Below, one piece after another: positions 17,401-25,609 of a stretch of DNA of 64,000 nt. Position numbers and translations under genes: made by a program. How positions within the stretch are numbered: the stretch's first letter is position 1; every line of letters starts with the position of its first letter. The DNA lies in the NCBI GenBank assembly GCA_946541955.1, contig CAMNJZ010000001.1, forward strand, positions 1,997-65,996. Reading direction: 5' to 3'. The notes beneath the pieces were generated by a model. It saw nothing but the letters and a program-made list of their open reading frames with translations, made no database searches and was not told where the DNA came from. Origin of the DNA: an uncultured Lachnospiraceae bacterium (GTDB lineage Bacteria; Bacillota; Clostridia; Lachnospirales; Lachnospiraceae).

Positions 17401-19182
17401 TGCCATGCCGCTGCCGGCAGAGGATACCTTTTCAAAGCGGAAGGGCGCCGTGATCAGCTCCTCCTTCAGGGCCGCATCTCCTGTCAGAGAAATCGTTTCT
17501 TCGCCCCGGATCAGGACCTGGGTCTCCTCCTCAGAGAGCTTATAGCCCCTGGGCGCTTTGGTCTCCTTTAAAATATAGCTTCCTGCAGGGATCTCCTCCA
17601 GAGAGGCCTTTCCCTTTTTATCGGTGGTCAGTCTTGCAAAGACCTCCCCTCTGGCGTAGGTCTTTTCGGCACTTTTGATTTCATCCTGGTCCACTCTCAG
17701 CTCATAAACGGCTCCCTGGAGGCTGGCGCCGCCCCGGGTCTCTGCCGTATGGCCGTCGGTTTTTTCAATGACAAGACTGCCAAAGGGTTCGGTCTCCCTG
17801 GTCCTGTCCGAGACGGTCTTGCTTGTCAGGTTGAGCTTTTCTCCGTACTTGGTCGTTCCGGAGAGCTTTGCCGTATAGACTTCTTCACTGAGCTCCAGGC
17901 CGGGGGCCGCCTTGGTCTCCTTGAGATAGTAGGTGCCCGGAGAAAGCAGGACTTTGCCGGCCTTTCCCTGGCTGTCACAGACAAGAAGAGCCTCTTTGCC
18001 AGTGACGTCCATGGCCGGACTGCTGCAGGCTTCATCGGTATATACCGCATAGGTCGTGCCGGCAAGGTCGATGTCAGATACTTCCTCTCCGTCCTCATCC
18101 ACTGCTTTCTTCTGCAGGGTCAGGACCCCGGGTACGCCCTCTACCCATACGATGGACTGGCAGTCCTTCTGCAAAAAAGCGATATAGGCTGTGCAGGCGT
18201 CTACGATGGCCGCATTTTCCGGATTCTCCAGCCATGCGGAGACCTGGGACGCCATCTGGTTGAAAACAAGATCATAATTGCTGCCATAGGCCCTGTCATC
18301 GTCTCCAAAGAGCAGATAGGATACCAGCAGATGGGCTGCCGCATAGGATTCCGCAAAGCTGGAGAAATGATCCAGCCAGATCTCGTCTCTGATAAAGTTG
18401 GAGACCAGGACTGCCTTGGCCAGTCTGGCGTTATAGCCCCTGCCCGTTACAATGGGCATGGGATAGGAGCTTGCCGATTCCCCGGACTTCTGCCAGGCGG
18501 CAAGCTTATTGACGACCTCCTCCGTCAGATAATTGTAATTGCAGGATTCGGTCCTGGAATCCGGATAGGAGGGATCCACGGGACCGGTGGAGGAAGCTCT
18601 GGCGCATACGCCCATATATTTGGTGCCGTTATGAATGGCGTACCACCATCTTGTATTGACGACATGCTTGCTCTGGATGGGAAGGCGGATCAGACTGTTC
18701 CGGCCCACCGTGACCTTGCCAAGGGATTCCGGTCTGGCCGCCGCAAGAAGGGCCTCTGCCTCCGCTTCGCTAAGCTCCTCCTCCGGCAAAAGGTCTTCCA
18801 GAGGGACTTCTGTCTCCTCCGTGCCGCTCTCCGGACTGTTCTCATCGGTAGATCCTGAAATGACGGGGTCCTGGGACGCGCCGCTCTCAGGGCCTGCCGT
18901 CTCTGCGCCTTCCGCGCTTTCATTCTCCGTCAGGGGCTGGTCCGGGTCTTCTCCCTTCGCCGTTTCCTCCTCAGGCGCCTCCTCCCCTGCAGGAGCCGGA
19001 AGCGCCGGTTCTTCTTCCGCTTCTTCCGCCTCTGATCCTGCCGGCATAACCATTTCGGTGCCTGCCTCCTCTCCCCCTTCCATGGCAAAAGCCTGGGCGC
19101 AGGGCATAAAGACAGAAACCAAAAGCGCCAGGACCAGAAGGAACGAAAGGGCTTTCTTTCCATGCATCTTATAATGCTTCAT
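14449..19182 (-). CDS. sortase-anchored adhesin: putative thioester domain + 3 CnaB/SpaA isopeptide domains + 7 VaFE (Thr-Gln ester) repeats
   Basis: Signal peptide from ATG 19182; YxLKET boxes; repeats ending in HxDxxDxxQ; PKTGD + TM + basic tail. Confidence 0.9.
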   Translation of the reverse strand: MKHYKMHGKKALSFLLVLALLVSVFMPCAQAFAMEGGEEAGTEMVMPAGSEAEEAEEEPALPAPAGEEAPEEETAKGEDPDQPLTENESAEGAETAGPESGASQDPVISGSTDENSPESGTEETEVPLEDLLPEEELSEAEAEALLAAARPESLGKVTVGRNSLIRLPIQSKHVVNTRWWYAIHNGTKYMGVCARASSTGPVDPSYPDSRTESCNYNYLTEEVVNKLAAWQKSGESASSYPMPIVTGRGYNARLAKAVLVSNFIRDEIWLDHFSSFAESYAAAHLLVSYLLFGDDDRAYGSNYDLVFNQMASQVSAWLENPENAAIVDACTAYIAFLQKDCQSIVWVEGVPGVLTLQKKAVDEDGEEVSDIDLAGTTYAVYTDEACSSPAMDVTGKEALLVCDSQGKAGKVLLSPGTYYLKETKAAPGLELSEEVYTAKLSGTTKYGEKLNLTSKTVSDRTRETEPFGSLVIEKTDGHTAETRGGASLQGAVYELRVDQDEIKSAEKTYARGEVFARLTTDKKGKASLEEIPAGSYILKETKAPRGYKLSEEETQVLIRGEETISLTGDAALKEELITAPFRFEKVSSAGSGMAGIPFLLTCQESGASWTVYTDESGAYDSEKEEEKDRQRLPYGTYTLKETACDANEGYRLADPVTFKIEKETALTLDRIVNYRDLSVRTLLSDEKGHKCLRAEENIVLQDKVSLSDFYEYVGKEIRIKSVLTDRETGEEILSGERTRTLSRAQETMTIRFTLDASALAGRSLVCFEYIYDEEGNEIAKHADPDDAEQTVSFPRIGTKAVSAASRDQVLAESGRIVILDTIRYQGLEGGATYKAEGLLFDSKSGQAFQAGGKDVSAQVTFTADPSGQGEVQAEFSFDAPEGFGGTTLTAAETLYDLEGRLLCEHRDLEDPAQTVYAPRIRTNASDALTEDHVGQVSSKVVLRDIVTYSNLVPGAEYTVSGRLMNQETGEALLSNGKEITASRTFTAERRDGAIELLFTFDASLLEGHTLVCFEELTHKGLTVAAHADLTDQEQAVTYPQVRTTACDMTSKDHLGIPGLGRLLGMPEETKITDRVKMTGLVPGMEYTLQGSVWDQAEGKELTNEKGEAIRASRTFTASQKEESLELVFVLPSSLLAGKTAVVCEDLIHKGVVTASHHDMKDEEQSVHYPEIATSLTDDLTGTHGGVIQKETTIRDRVFYSNLIPSTMERPTVYTMQGTLMCKSSCTPLLDREGKEITSSVTFTPEQASGSVELTFTFDSSLLQGETLVCFERLYREDLLVAVHADLEDEDQSIHYPAVCTRAQDDLTETRTGAAGKEASVTDYVEYSNLMPGSYIAKGLLVDQKTGLPIKDLEGREVTAQAAFTNTALSGEVPVTFHFSAEGFYGGTLVAFQSIYTEEGDLIVAHEDPEDQEEMIFYPSIATKASVEGGKSAAPSGSVKVTDHVEYKNLLPGTQYQVTGVLMDKATGKPLLVKGKEVTAKTAFTAESADGSVSLTFTFDADGLGSRTLVAFERLLVEETEVAVHADLEDEDQTIHLTPPPEKPKTGDETRPAFFASAALIGLLGAGALGILSRKKKH

Positions 19183-19426
19183 ATAACCTGTCCTCTCTGC
19201 CGCATGGACACATGCGGCATAAATCAATGTCTGCCGTATCTGCCAAAAAAGGACAGGGATCCCTGGGTCTGGGCCAGAAATATGCTGTTTTTGCAATGCC
19301 GGCTCTTTCCGGCAAAAAGGTTCCTGGATCCGCTCTCATAAGCCTTGTCTGAGAGCATAAGAAGGGGAAAAAGAAAACTCGAAAAGAAAGAAAATCAGAA
19401 ATGGCAGAGAGCCTGCCATGAATTTC

Positions 19427-19455
19427 ATCTTAAAGCAGGGCCGCGGGAATATCAA
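19427..19455 (-). promoter_or_regulatory. putative sigma-A promoter of the adhesin
   Basis: Minus strand TTGATA, 17 bp, TAAGAT. Confidence 0.5.
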
Positions 19456-19621
19456 TGGGTCCTGTTTCCGAAATATTTCGTCCAGGAATCTGCCTCTCCC
19501 GGTCCCTGGGAGGGAAGCCTCCTCCGGGAAGGCGTCAAAGGAGGGGCTTTTGTTTTGGTCCTCTTTTTGTCATAATAGCCTTGCTGGCTTTTGACAAAAG
19601 CAAATTCAGTTGGAGGTTGCA

Positions 19622-20332
19622 ATGACTGCCTTACTTTTTGACATGGACGATACTCTGTATCTCCGCTCCGCCCCCTATATGGAGACCTTCCTTCATTATT
19701 TTCCTTCCCTGGGATCTGTTTCGGTCCAGAGGCTTCTGGAGCGGAGCCGCTATTACAGTGATTATGAATTTGAACGCTTTAAAAAAGGAGAGATTACGGA
19801 GGAGAGGATGAACGCCCTCCGGGTCGTCGATACCCTGCAGGAGCTTGGGCTTCCTGCCGATCTGGATCTGGGCATGGCCTTCCACAAAACCTACGTGGAA
19901 AGACAGAGGCAGATCCATCTCCTGCCCGGCATTCAGGAGATCCTGGACATGGCCAGAAGGTCCGGCGTCTTTCTTGGCATGATCTCCAACGGGTCCTCGG
20001 CCCACCAGAGAATGAAATACCAGGCCCTGGGACTCGAAGCCTATATTCCCCCTGCCAGGGTCCTGATCTCCGGAGAGGCCCAGGTCCATAAGCCGGATCC
20101 TGCCATCTTTTCCCTTTACCTGGAAAGAACAGGGATTCTGGCAGAGGACACCTGGTATATAGGGGATTCCTACGAAAATGACATTCTTCCGGCCGCCAAA
20201 AAGGGTCTTCATACCATCCTTGTCAGATGGGAAGAAGACCCCGGTTCAAAGACCTATGATGCGGCGGAAAAATGCTTTTATAGGACAGAGGATCTGAAAA
20301 GGTTCCTGGAAGGCCTGCTCTCCTTCTGCTGA
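19622..20332 (+). CDS. HAD-family hydrolase (YjjG/YfnB-like)
   Basis: FDMDDTL, ISNG, KPDP, IGDSYENDI; GGAGG RBS. Confidence 0.9.
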   Translation: MTALLFDMDDTLYLRSAPYMETFLHYFPSLGSVSVQRLLERSRYYSDYEFERFKKGEITEERMNALRVVDTLQELGLPADLDLGMAFHKTYVERQRQIHLLPGIQEILDMARRSGVFLGMISNGSSAHQRMKYQALGLEAYIPPARVLISGEAQVHKPDPAIFSLYLERTGILAEDTWYIGDSYENDILPAAKKGLHTILVRWEEDPGSKTYDAAEKCFYRTEDLKRFLEGLLSFC

Positions 20333-20361
20333 TGCCGGGACCCTCCCCAGCAAAGCCGCCT

Positions 20362-20751
20362 TTATTTTTTCTGAAGCTTGCGCTTCCCCCTGGTATCAAA
20401 GGTCTTTTTCAGTGCCTTTTCCGTAAAAATGACAGAGACCAGAAGAGGGATCACATAAAGAATGATCAAAAAGCCGCTGATCAGGGACTTGAAGGATTCC
20501 GTGCTGTTCATGGTAAGGACCATGACAAAGGAAGTCACTGCAAAAAGGACCAGGCCTGTAATGAGCCAGATCCTGCCGCAGTATTCGTGGGCAAAACGCC
20601 ATGTGTCATCATTTTTCATGGACATGGATGTCCGATAGCCCAGAAAGTGGTTCCGGTCCTTTGGAAAGCCGTGCTGGAAAAGCCAGCCGAAAACGATCAT
20701 GATCAGGGGGATCAGCATCGTCATCAGGATCATAAAAAAGCTGTTGTTCAT
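20362..20751 (-). CDS. SdpI/YfhL family membrane protein
   Basis: NHFLGYRTSMSMKNDDTWRFAH; three TM segments. Confidence 0.88.
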   Translation of the reverse strand: MNNSFFMILMTMLIPLIMIVFGWLFQHGFPKDRNHFLGYRTSMSMKNDDTWRFAHEYCGRIWLITGLVLFAVTSFVMVLTMNSTESFKSLISGFLIILYVIPLLVSVIFTEKALKKTFDTRGKRKLQKK

Positions 20752-20861
20752 AAAAATCTCCCTTCCGATCCAGACTGCCAGGGCGGCAGCCGGGGAATCC
20801 GCAGCAGTTCTTCATTGCAGTGGATTGTATCATAAGAAAGCGCCAAAGGGAATGCAAAAGC

Positions 20862-22112
20862 TCAGAGCTTTGCATATCCACCGGCAGAGAGGATCTTCCC
20901 GGCAAGAGGTATTGCGCTTTCAAAACCCTGGTCGCAGAGCTCCCTGGCGCTTTCTGTAAGAGCCTCTTCAAAAGAATCCGCCAGGGCCCTGAAGCGCCTG
21001 CCTGCCATCCTTCTGCCAAGGCCGCATTCCGGCGCCATGTTTTCGAAGGAAGCCTGGGTCAGGTTGTCAGGATTATAGTAGCCGTCGATATGAAAGGGCA
21101 TGCTATTTTGCAGCGGATCATAAACGCTGGTGGAAAGGAGTCCAGCTGCCGGCGAAAGGGACATGGTCCACAGGTCCCTGGCATAGACAAGGCCAAAGCT
21201 CCGGATATGGCCCAGCATGTTGCCGCAGAGGAAATTGAATACGATCCTGTCCCAGAGGATCTGCATATCCTCCATGGGATGAAGGGCGTTTTCCCGCAGC
21301 AGGCGGAACATGGAAGCCATATAGCCTTCATAGTTTTTCTCATACTGCCGGGATGGACCAATTCCAAGGGCCTGTCCCAGATCCTCATAGTGCCGTCTCA
21401 GGCACCTTCCTTCCGCTTCCGCCTCTCTGTCCGCTCTTGTGATCAGGACCAGAAGGCCCTTGTCCTCTTCTCCCCAAAGTCTTGCCGGGCAGACGGGGAT
21501 CCCCAGTTTTTCTGCCGTTTTCGTGCAGAGGGCCTCATTGACCGCCGTATCCTCATAGGGAAGGAGACTCTGCCTGACAAGAAGGGTCCCGGCCTCCCCC
21601 TGGCAGGGAAGGAAATATCCTTTTCCGGAAGGGCCAAGGCCAAGGCAGCAGGCCGGCGTCTGGCCTGGCAGGGAGGCGCCGGACCGGATCAGAAGCTCTG
21701 TCAGCCTTTTGTCATCTCCCCCTGCAAGGGACTGCAGGTCTGAAGTCGTAAATGACTCTCTGGAGGGACGCCCCGGCGGAAAATCCGCATCCAGAATCTT
21801 CAGCGCCCCAGGAAGGTCCGCCCCCAGACAACTCAGCAGTGAAAGATAGTCCTCCTCCCTGACCCGGAGCCTTCCCGCCAGGATCCCGGCTGCATAGCCT
21901 CCTGGCAAAAGAGCGGAGAACCAGGCACTGGTCCTTTCCGGCGAAAAGCTTTCCTTCTGCAAAGGAAGGCTGACAGAGACCGGACAGGCCTCTTCCCTCT
22001 CCAGATAGGCGGGCAGATAGGAAAAGCAGGCCTCTTCATAGTCCCTGCCCTCGATGGTTCCGCAGGGGATTTCCCTTCCCTCCTGCTCCAGGATGACCGT
22101 CAGCCGCCGCAT
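20862..22112 (-). CDS. hipA: HipA-family protein with degenerate kinase active site
   Basis: HipA N-domain (FSY..YL..PVSVSLP..FSALLPGG), NE, RADR, EDLGQALG; catalytic motifs altered. Start at 22112, not 22364. Confidence 0.88.
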   Translation of the reverse strand: MRRLTVILEQEGREIPCGTIEGRDYEEACFSYLPAYLEREEACPVSVSLPLQKESFSPERTSAWFSALLPGGYAAGILAGRLRVREEDYLSLLSCLGADLPGALKILDADFPPGRPSRESFTTSDLQSLAGGDDKRLTELLIRSGASLPGQTPACCLGLGPSGKGYFLPCQGEAGTLLVRQSLLPYEDTAVNEALCTKTAEKLGIPVCPARLWGEEDKGLLVLITRADREAEAEGRCLRRHYEDLGQALGIGPSRQYEKNYEGYMASMFRLLRENALHPMEDMQILWDRIVFNFLCGNMLGHIRSFGLVYARDLWTMSLSPAAGLLSTSVYDPLQNSMPFHIDGYYNPDNLTQASFENMAPECGLGRRMAGRRFRALADSFEEALTESARELCDQGFESAIPLAGKILSAGGYAKL

Positions 22113-22330
22113 GTCTTCTCCCCTCTGTCCATAAGGACCAGGTCCATGCCAAGAAGCTGGACCAGCTCGATGGCCTTGCCAAGCTCTGCCGTGGCCTTGC
22201 CCCGCTCCAGATCGGAAATAAAACTTACGCTGAGCCCCGTGAACTCTGCAAGATATCCCTGGGTATAGCCCAGCTGCTTTCTTTTTTCCCGGACAGCTTT
22301 GCCAAAGGCTGCCGCATCCTTTATTTTCAT
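22100..22330 (-). CDS. hipB: HipB-like XRE antitoxin/regulator
   Basis: FGKAVREKRKQLGYTQGYLAEFTGLSVSFISDLERGKATAELGK; overlaps the hipA start. Confidence 0.88.
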   Translation of the reverse strand: MKIKDAAAFGKAVREKRKQLGYTQGYLAEFTGLSVSFISDLERGKATAELGKAIELVQLLGMDLVLMDRGEKTCGG

Positions 22331-22430
22331 GCTTTTCTCCCAAAAGAAATCCAGTCGTACGCACAAATCTGCCCTTTCATTATAAAAAGCTTTGCCCGGA
22401 CTGACAACCTCTTCCTTGGGGGCCGCGCCG

Positions 22431-22503
22431 GCATGCCTGCACTGGCATGTCTGCAATGCGCTGCAATGACATGTCTGCAATGACATGTCTGCAATGACAT
22501 GTC
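22431..22503. repeat. 14-bp tandem repeat (ACATGTCTGCAATG-like, about 5 units)
   Basis: Units at 22431, 22445, partial 22459, 22469, 22483, partial 22497; contains GACATGTC palindromes. Confidence 0.9.
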
Positions 22504-22630
22504 TTTTTTCTTTTCAAATCCCGGCAAATCATGCTATCATTGTTTGCGGCTTTGTAAGGACTTAAAGGCGTCCTGCATATAAGAGCTTAGAAAAATTGTT
22601 GAACGAGTATTACGGCAGGAGGAAGTTTAT

Positions 22631-23527
22631 ATGCCTGAATTTAGAAGCTGGGACGGCGAGAGCATTTATTACAGAGTCTGGGATACAGAAAGGCCAAAGG
22701 CAGTCATTCAGGTCCTTACGGGCCTGGCCGAGGTGGAGGACTATTATGAAGACTTTGCCAGGGCTGCAGCAGACCATGGCTTCTGCGTTTACCTTCATGA
22801 ATACAGGCAGTTCGGCCGGACCACAGCGCCCTACGGAGAAGGAAACCTCTTTATGGGCTACGCCAAAGACGGCGCCGCGCTTTTGTCCCTGATCCGCGCA
22901 GAGCGGCCGGGGCTCAAGGTCTTTTGCCTGTGCCACAGCCTGGGGACCATGATCAGTCAGCTGGCCCTGAACCAGACAGCTGCCAGATGGGACGGCATCA
23001 TCTTTACCGGTCTCTCCCACAACAAGGCCGCCAGAGAGCAGAGACTTGGCCAGCTGGAAATGGCCAGACTGGCCATTGAAAAAGACGGACCTGACGCTGC
23101 CAGCCCGGATATTTATGAGGCGGTCTTCAACCATCTCAACGACCCCTTTGCCGGGGAAAAGGATCCTTATTCCTTTATCACCAGCGATCCCGAAAAGCGG
23201 GCCTGGATCGCCTCCCTGCCCTATACGTCTCCCGTCTATTCCAACCGCTTTTTCAGAGATTTTGCAGAGGCCTGGCTTATGCTGGAGGACCAGGGCCTGG
23301 AAAAGACCTGCCTTACGACCCTTCCCGTTCTCATTTTAAACGGGAGCCAGGACGTGACCGCGGAGAACGGCACCTATGGCGACACCAAGCTGGATCTTCT
23401 GGACGCGGCAGGCTTTGAGGATGTGGAATCTGTAGTATATGAAGGCTTCCGCCACAGCATTCTGCAGGAGACCCTGGCCGACGTGGTGACCGGGGATATC
23501 CTGGAATGGGTGGAGGAACACCTTTAA
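22631..23527 (+). CDS. alpha/beta hydrolase (lysophospholipase/Hydrolase_4-like)
   Basis: CHSLG nucleophile elbow, GSQD, GFRHSILQE. Confidence 0.85.
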   Translation: MPEFRSWDGESIYYRVWDTERPKAVIQVLTGLAEVEDYYEDFARAAADHGFCVYLHEYRQFGRTTAPYGEGNLFMGYAKDGAALLSLIRAERPGLKVFCLCHSLGTMISQLALNQTAARWDGIIFTGLSHNKAAREQRLGQLEMARLAIEKDGPDAASPDIYEAVFNHLNDPFAGEKDPYSFITSDPEKRAWIASLPYTSPVYSNRFFRDFAEAWLMLEDQGLEKTCLTTLPVLILNGSQDVTAENGTYGDTKLDLLDAAGFEDVESVVYEGFRHSILQETLADVVTGDILEWVEEHL

Positions 23528-23533
23528 AAAAAC

Positions 23534-23576
23534 AACGGATGTCTTATGCCCCTGGAGGCTTAAGACATCCGTTTTA
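23534..23576. terminator. bidirectional terminator
   Basis: AACGGATGTCTTA...TAAGACATCCGTT between convergent genes. Confidence 0.75.
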
Positions 23577-23588
23577 TTCTGTTCCGGC

Positions 23589-24044
23589 CTATTTTCTCAG
23601 CAGGTCCTCCGAATCCAGGACAATGGTGAAGGGACCGTCGTTTTCCAGGTCGATCTTCATATAGGCCCCGAATTCGCCCCGCTGCACATCAGGGACATAT
23701 TTCTTTGCCGCCTCAATGATATACTCATACAGGCTTTCCGCCATATCCGGAGCCCCTGCCTTGATGAAGGAAGGGCGGTTCCCCTTTCTGCAGTCTGCAT
23801 AAAGGGTGAACTGGGAGATCAGAAGAAGGCTGCCGCCCACTGTATTGATATCCAGGTTGGTCTTACCGTCTGCATCGTCAAAGATCCTGAGCTTAGCCAT
23901 CTTGGCGATCATCTTGTCTGCTATGGCCGTGGTGTCGGATTCACTGATCCCGATCAAGACCATAAAGCCTTTTCCGATGCTTCCCAGGACCCTGCCATCC
24001 ACGGATACCGATGCATGGTTGACCCTCTGTATTACAAATTTCAT
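23589..24044 (-). CDS. dtd: D-aminoacyl-tRNA deacylase
   Basis: VIQRV, LRIFDD, SQFTL, GNRPSF, NDGPFT. Confidence 0.96.
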   Translation of the reverse strand: MKFVIQRVNHASVSVDGRVLGSIGKGFMVLIGISESDTTAIADKMIAKMAKLRIFDDADGKTNLDINTVGGSLLLISQFTLYADCRKGNRPSFIKAGAPDMAESLYEYIIEAAKKYVPDVQRGEFGAYMKIDLENDGPFTIVLDSEDLLRK

Positions 24045-25420
24045 GAATTATCTTCCTCACTTTCCTCTTCCTTATCCGCAGGCCCTTTGCCGGGACGCAG
24101 ATGCAGGATCATGCGCCAGGGGGCAACGGGCTTTTTGGTGTGGTATTTTTCCTTATGGTTTTCATCAAAGCTCACCAGCTTTCCATTCTCGACATAGGCC
24201 GCCCGGGTATAGGTATAGGTGTCGGTAGGCATGCCCTTCATCCTGAGATGGCGGTGGATCATCCTTCTCATGCCATGATAGAAGCAGGCAAAGAGAGGAA
24301 CGCCCAGGATCATGCCGGTCACGCCGAAGAGGCCGCCGAAAAGGATAATGGAAAAGAGGACCCAGAAGCTGGATATGCCTGTGGAATCCCCAAGGATCCT
24401 GGGACCCAGCACATTTCCGTCGAACTGCTGCAGGATCAGTACAAAGACTGCAAATTTCAGGGCTGCCAGGGGATCGATGATCAGGACGAAAATACTGCCG
24501 ATCACGGCGCCCACATAAGGACCGAATACGGGAATGATGTTGGTCACGCCCACCAGGACGGATACCAGGCCTGCATAGGGAATAGACAGGATCGAGGTAC
24601 CTACGTAGCAGAGAATGCCGATCAGGAAGGAATCGATCAGCTTACCGAAAAGAAAGCCTATAAAGGTATAATGGATATGCCGGAAGGCGCTGATCACCTC
24701 GTTGGCGGTATTCTCTTTCAGGAAGGCGTAGCAGACCATTTTGGCCTGCCCGACAAACTCCTCCTTGGAAAAGAGGACATAGATGCCCACGATCAGACCG
24801 ACAAAGCAGTTGACAATGCCGGAAATAAAGCGGGTCAGGTAGGTAGTCACGATATCCACCAGCTTGTCCATGTTGGGCAGGATCGTCGTATTGATCACAC
24901 TCATGATCTGATTGGCAAAATCGTTGAATACCTTCAGGGCTTCCTCCAGGATCGGATTGTCAGGATACCGCTCCAGCAGATATTCCAGGTAGGTCCTGAC
25001 ATTCAGAATATAGGAAGGCGCTGCATTGATCAGACTGCTGATACTCCTGTAAAGGGAAGGGATACAGATCAGAAAGAGAATCTGCAGGACTGCCAGAAAG
25101 AAGATGACGGAGATGGCAACAGACAGGCCCCGCATGCGTTTCCTGTGCTTTTCTTCCTTTTCGTCCTGAAGGATGTGGATGCCCCGCCTCTCATAGAAGG
25201 GGACCATAAAGCGCTTTTCCAGGTAATTGACCACAGGGGTCAGAATATAGGCAATGATCAGACCATAGATAATACCGGTCAGTATATTCAGAATATATGA
25301 AATGCCGGCAATATAGCCGCTGGAGCGAAAGATCAGGCAATAGACCAGCAGGCAGGCCAGAAACAGGCCAAAGATGGTAATGGCCCATGTGATTTGTTTT
25401 TCATCCGGTTTATGTTTCAT
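24041..25420 (-). CDS. AI-2E family transporter
   Basis: IAYILTPVV, GVTNIIPVFGPYVG, QQFDGNVLGPRILG, GMILGVP. Confidence 0.92.
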   Translation of the reverse strand: MKHKPDEKQITWAITIFGLFLACLLVYCLIFRSSGYIAGISYILNILTGIIYGLIIAYILTPVVNYLEKRFMVPFYERRGIHILQDEKEEKHRKRMRGLSVAISVIFFLAVLQILFLICIPSLYRSISSLINAAPSYILNVRTYLEYLLERYPDNPILEEALKVFNDFANQIMSVINTTILPNMDKLVDIVTTYLTRFISGIVNCFVGLIVGIYVLFSKEEFVGQAKMVCYAFLKENTANEVISAFRHIHYTFIGFLFGKLIDSFLIGILCYVGTSILSIPYAGLVSVLVGVTNIIPVFGPYVGAVIGSIFVLIIDPLAALKFAVFVLILQQFDGNVLGPRILGDSTGISSFWVLFSIILFGGLFGVTGMILGVPLFACFYHGMRRMIHRHLRMKGMPTDTYTYTRAAYVENGKLVSFDENHKEKYHTKKPVAPWRMILHLRPGKGPADKEEESEEDNS

Positions 25421-25609
25421 TGAATTACCCTCCAGAGGACAGTATAGCACTTTCCTGTTTTGATTGTTACGGCACTTATGTTAAAATGTGCCTGTATTCG
25501 GAATGGATCTGTCTTTCGGACAGGCGCCGCCCCTCCGGTGCCTCCCGGAAGGACATTGGAAGCATCTTTATGGCAAAGTCCTGCAGCAGCAGGACCTGGA
25601 AAGGATCCT

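Noticed and set aside
22113-22364. 84-aa N-terminal extension of HipA in the ORF track
   Set aside because: It overlaps hipB in another frame; HipA similarity starts at MRRLTVIL (22112).
22431-22503. Repeat tracts here and at 6453-6509 as CRISPR arrays
   Set aside because: Units are 14-16 bp, head to tail, with no unique spacers and no cas genes.
25459-25487. TTATGTTAAAA, resembling the XerD arm of dif, upstream of the Xer-type recombinase
   Set aside because: It coincides with a plausible promoter (TTGATT-16-TGnTAAAAT), the left arm is poor, and gene orientation does not switch here. A GC-skew check could revive it.
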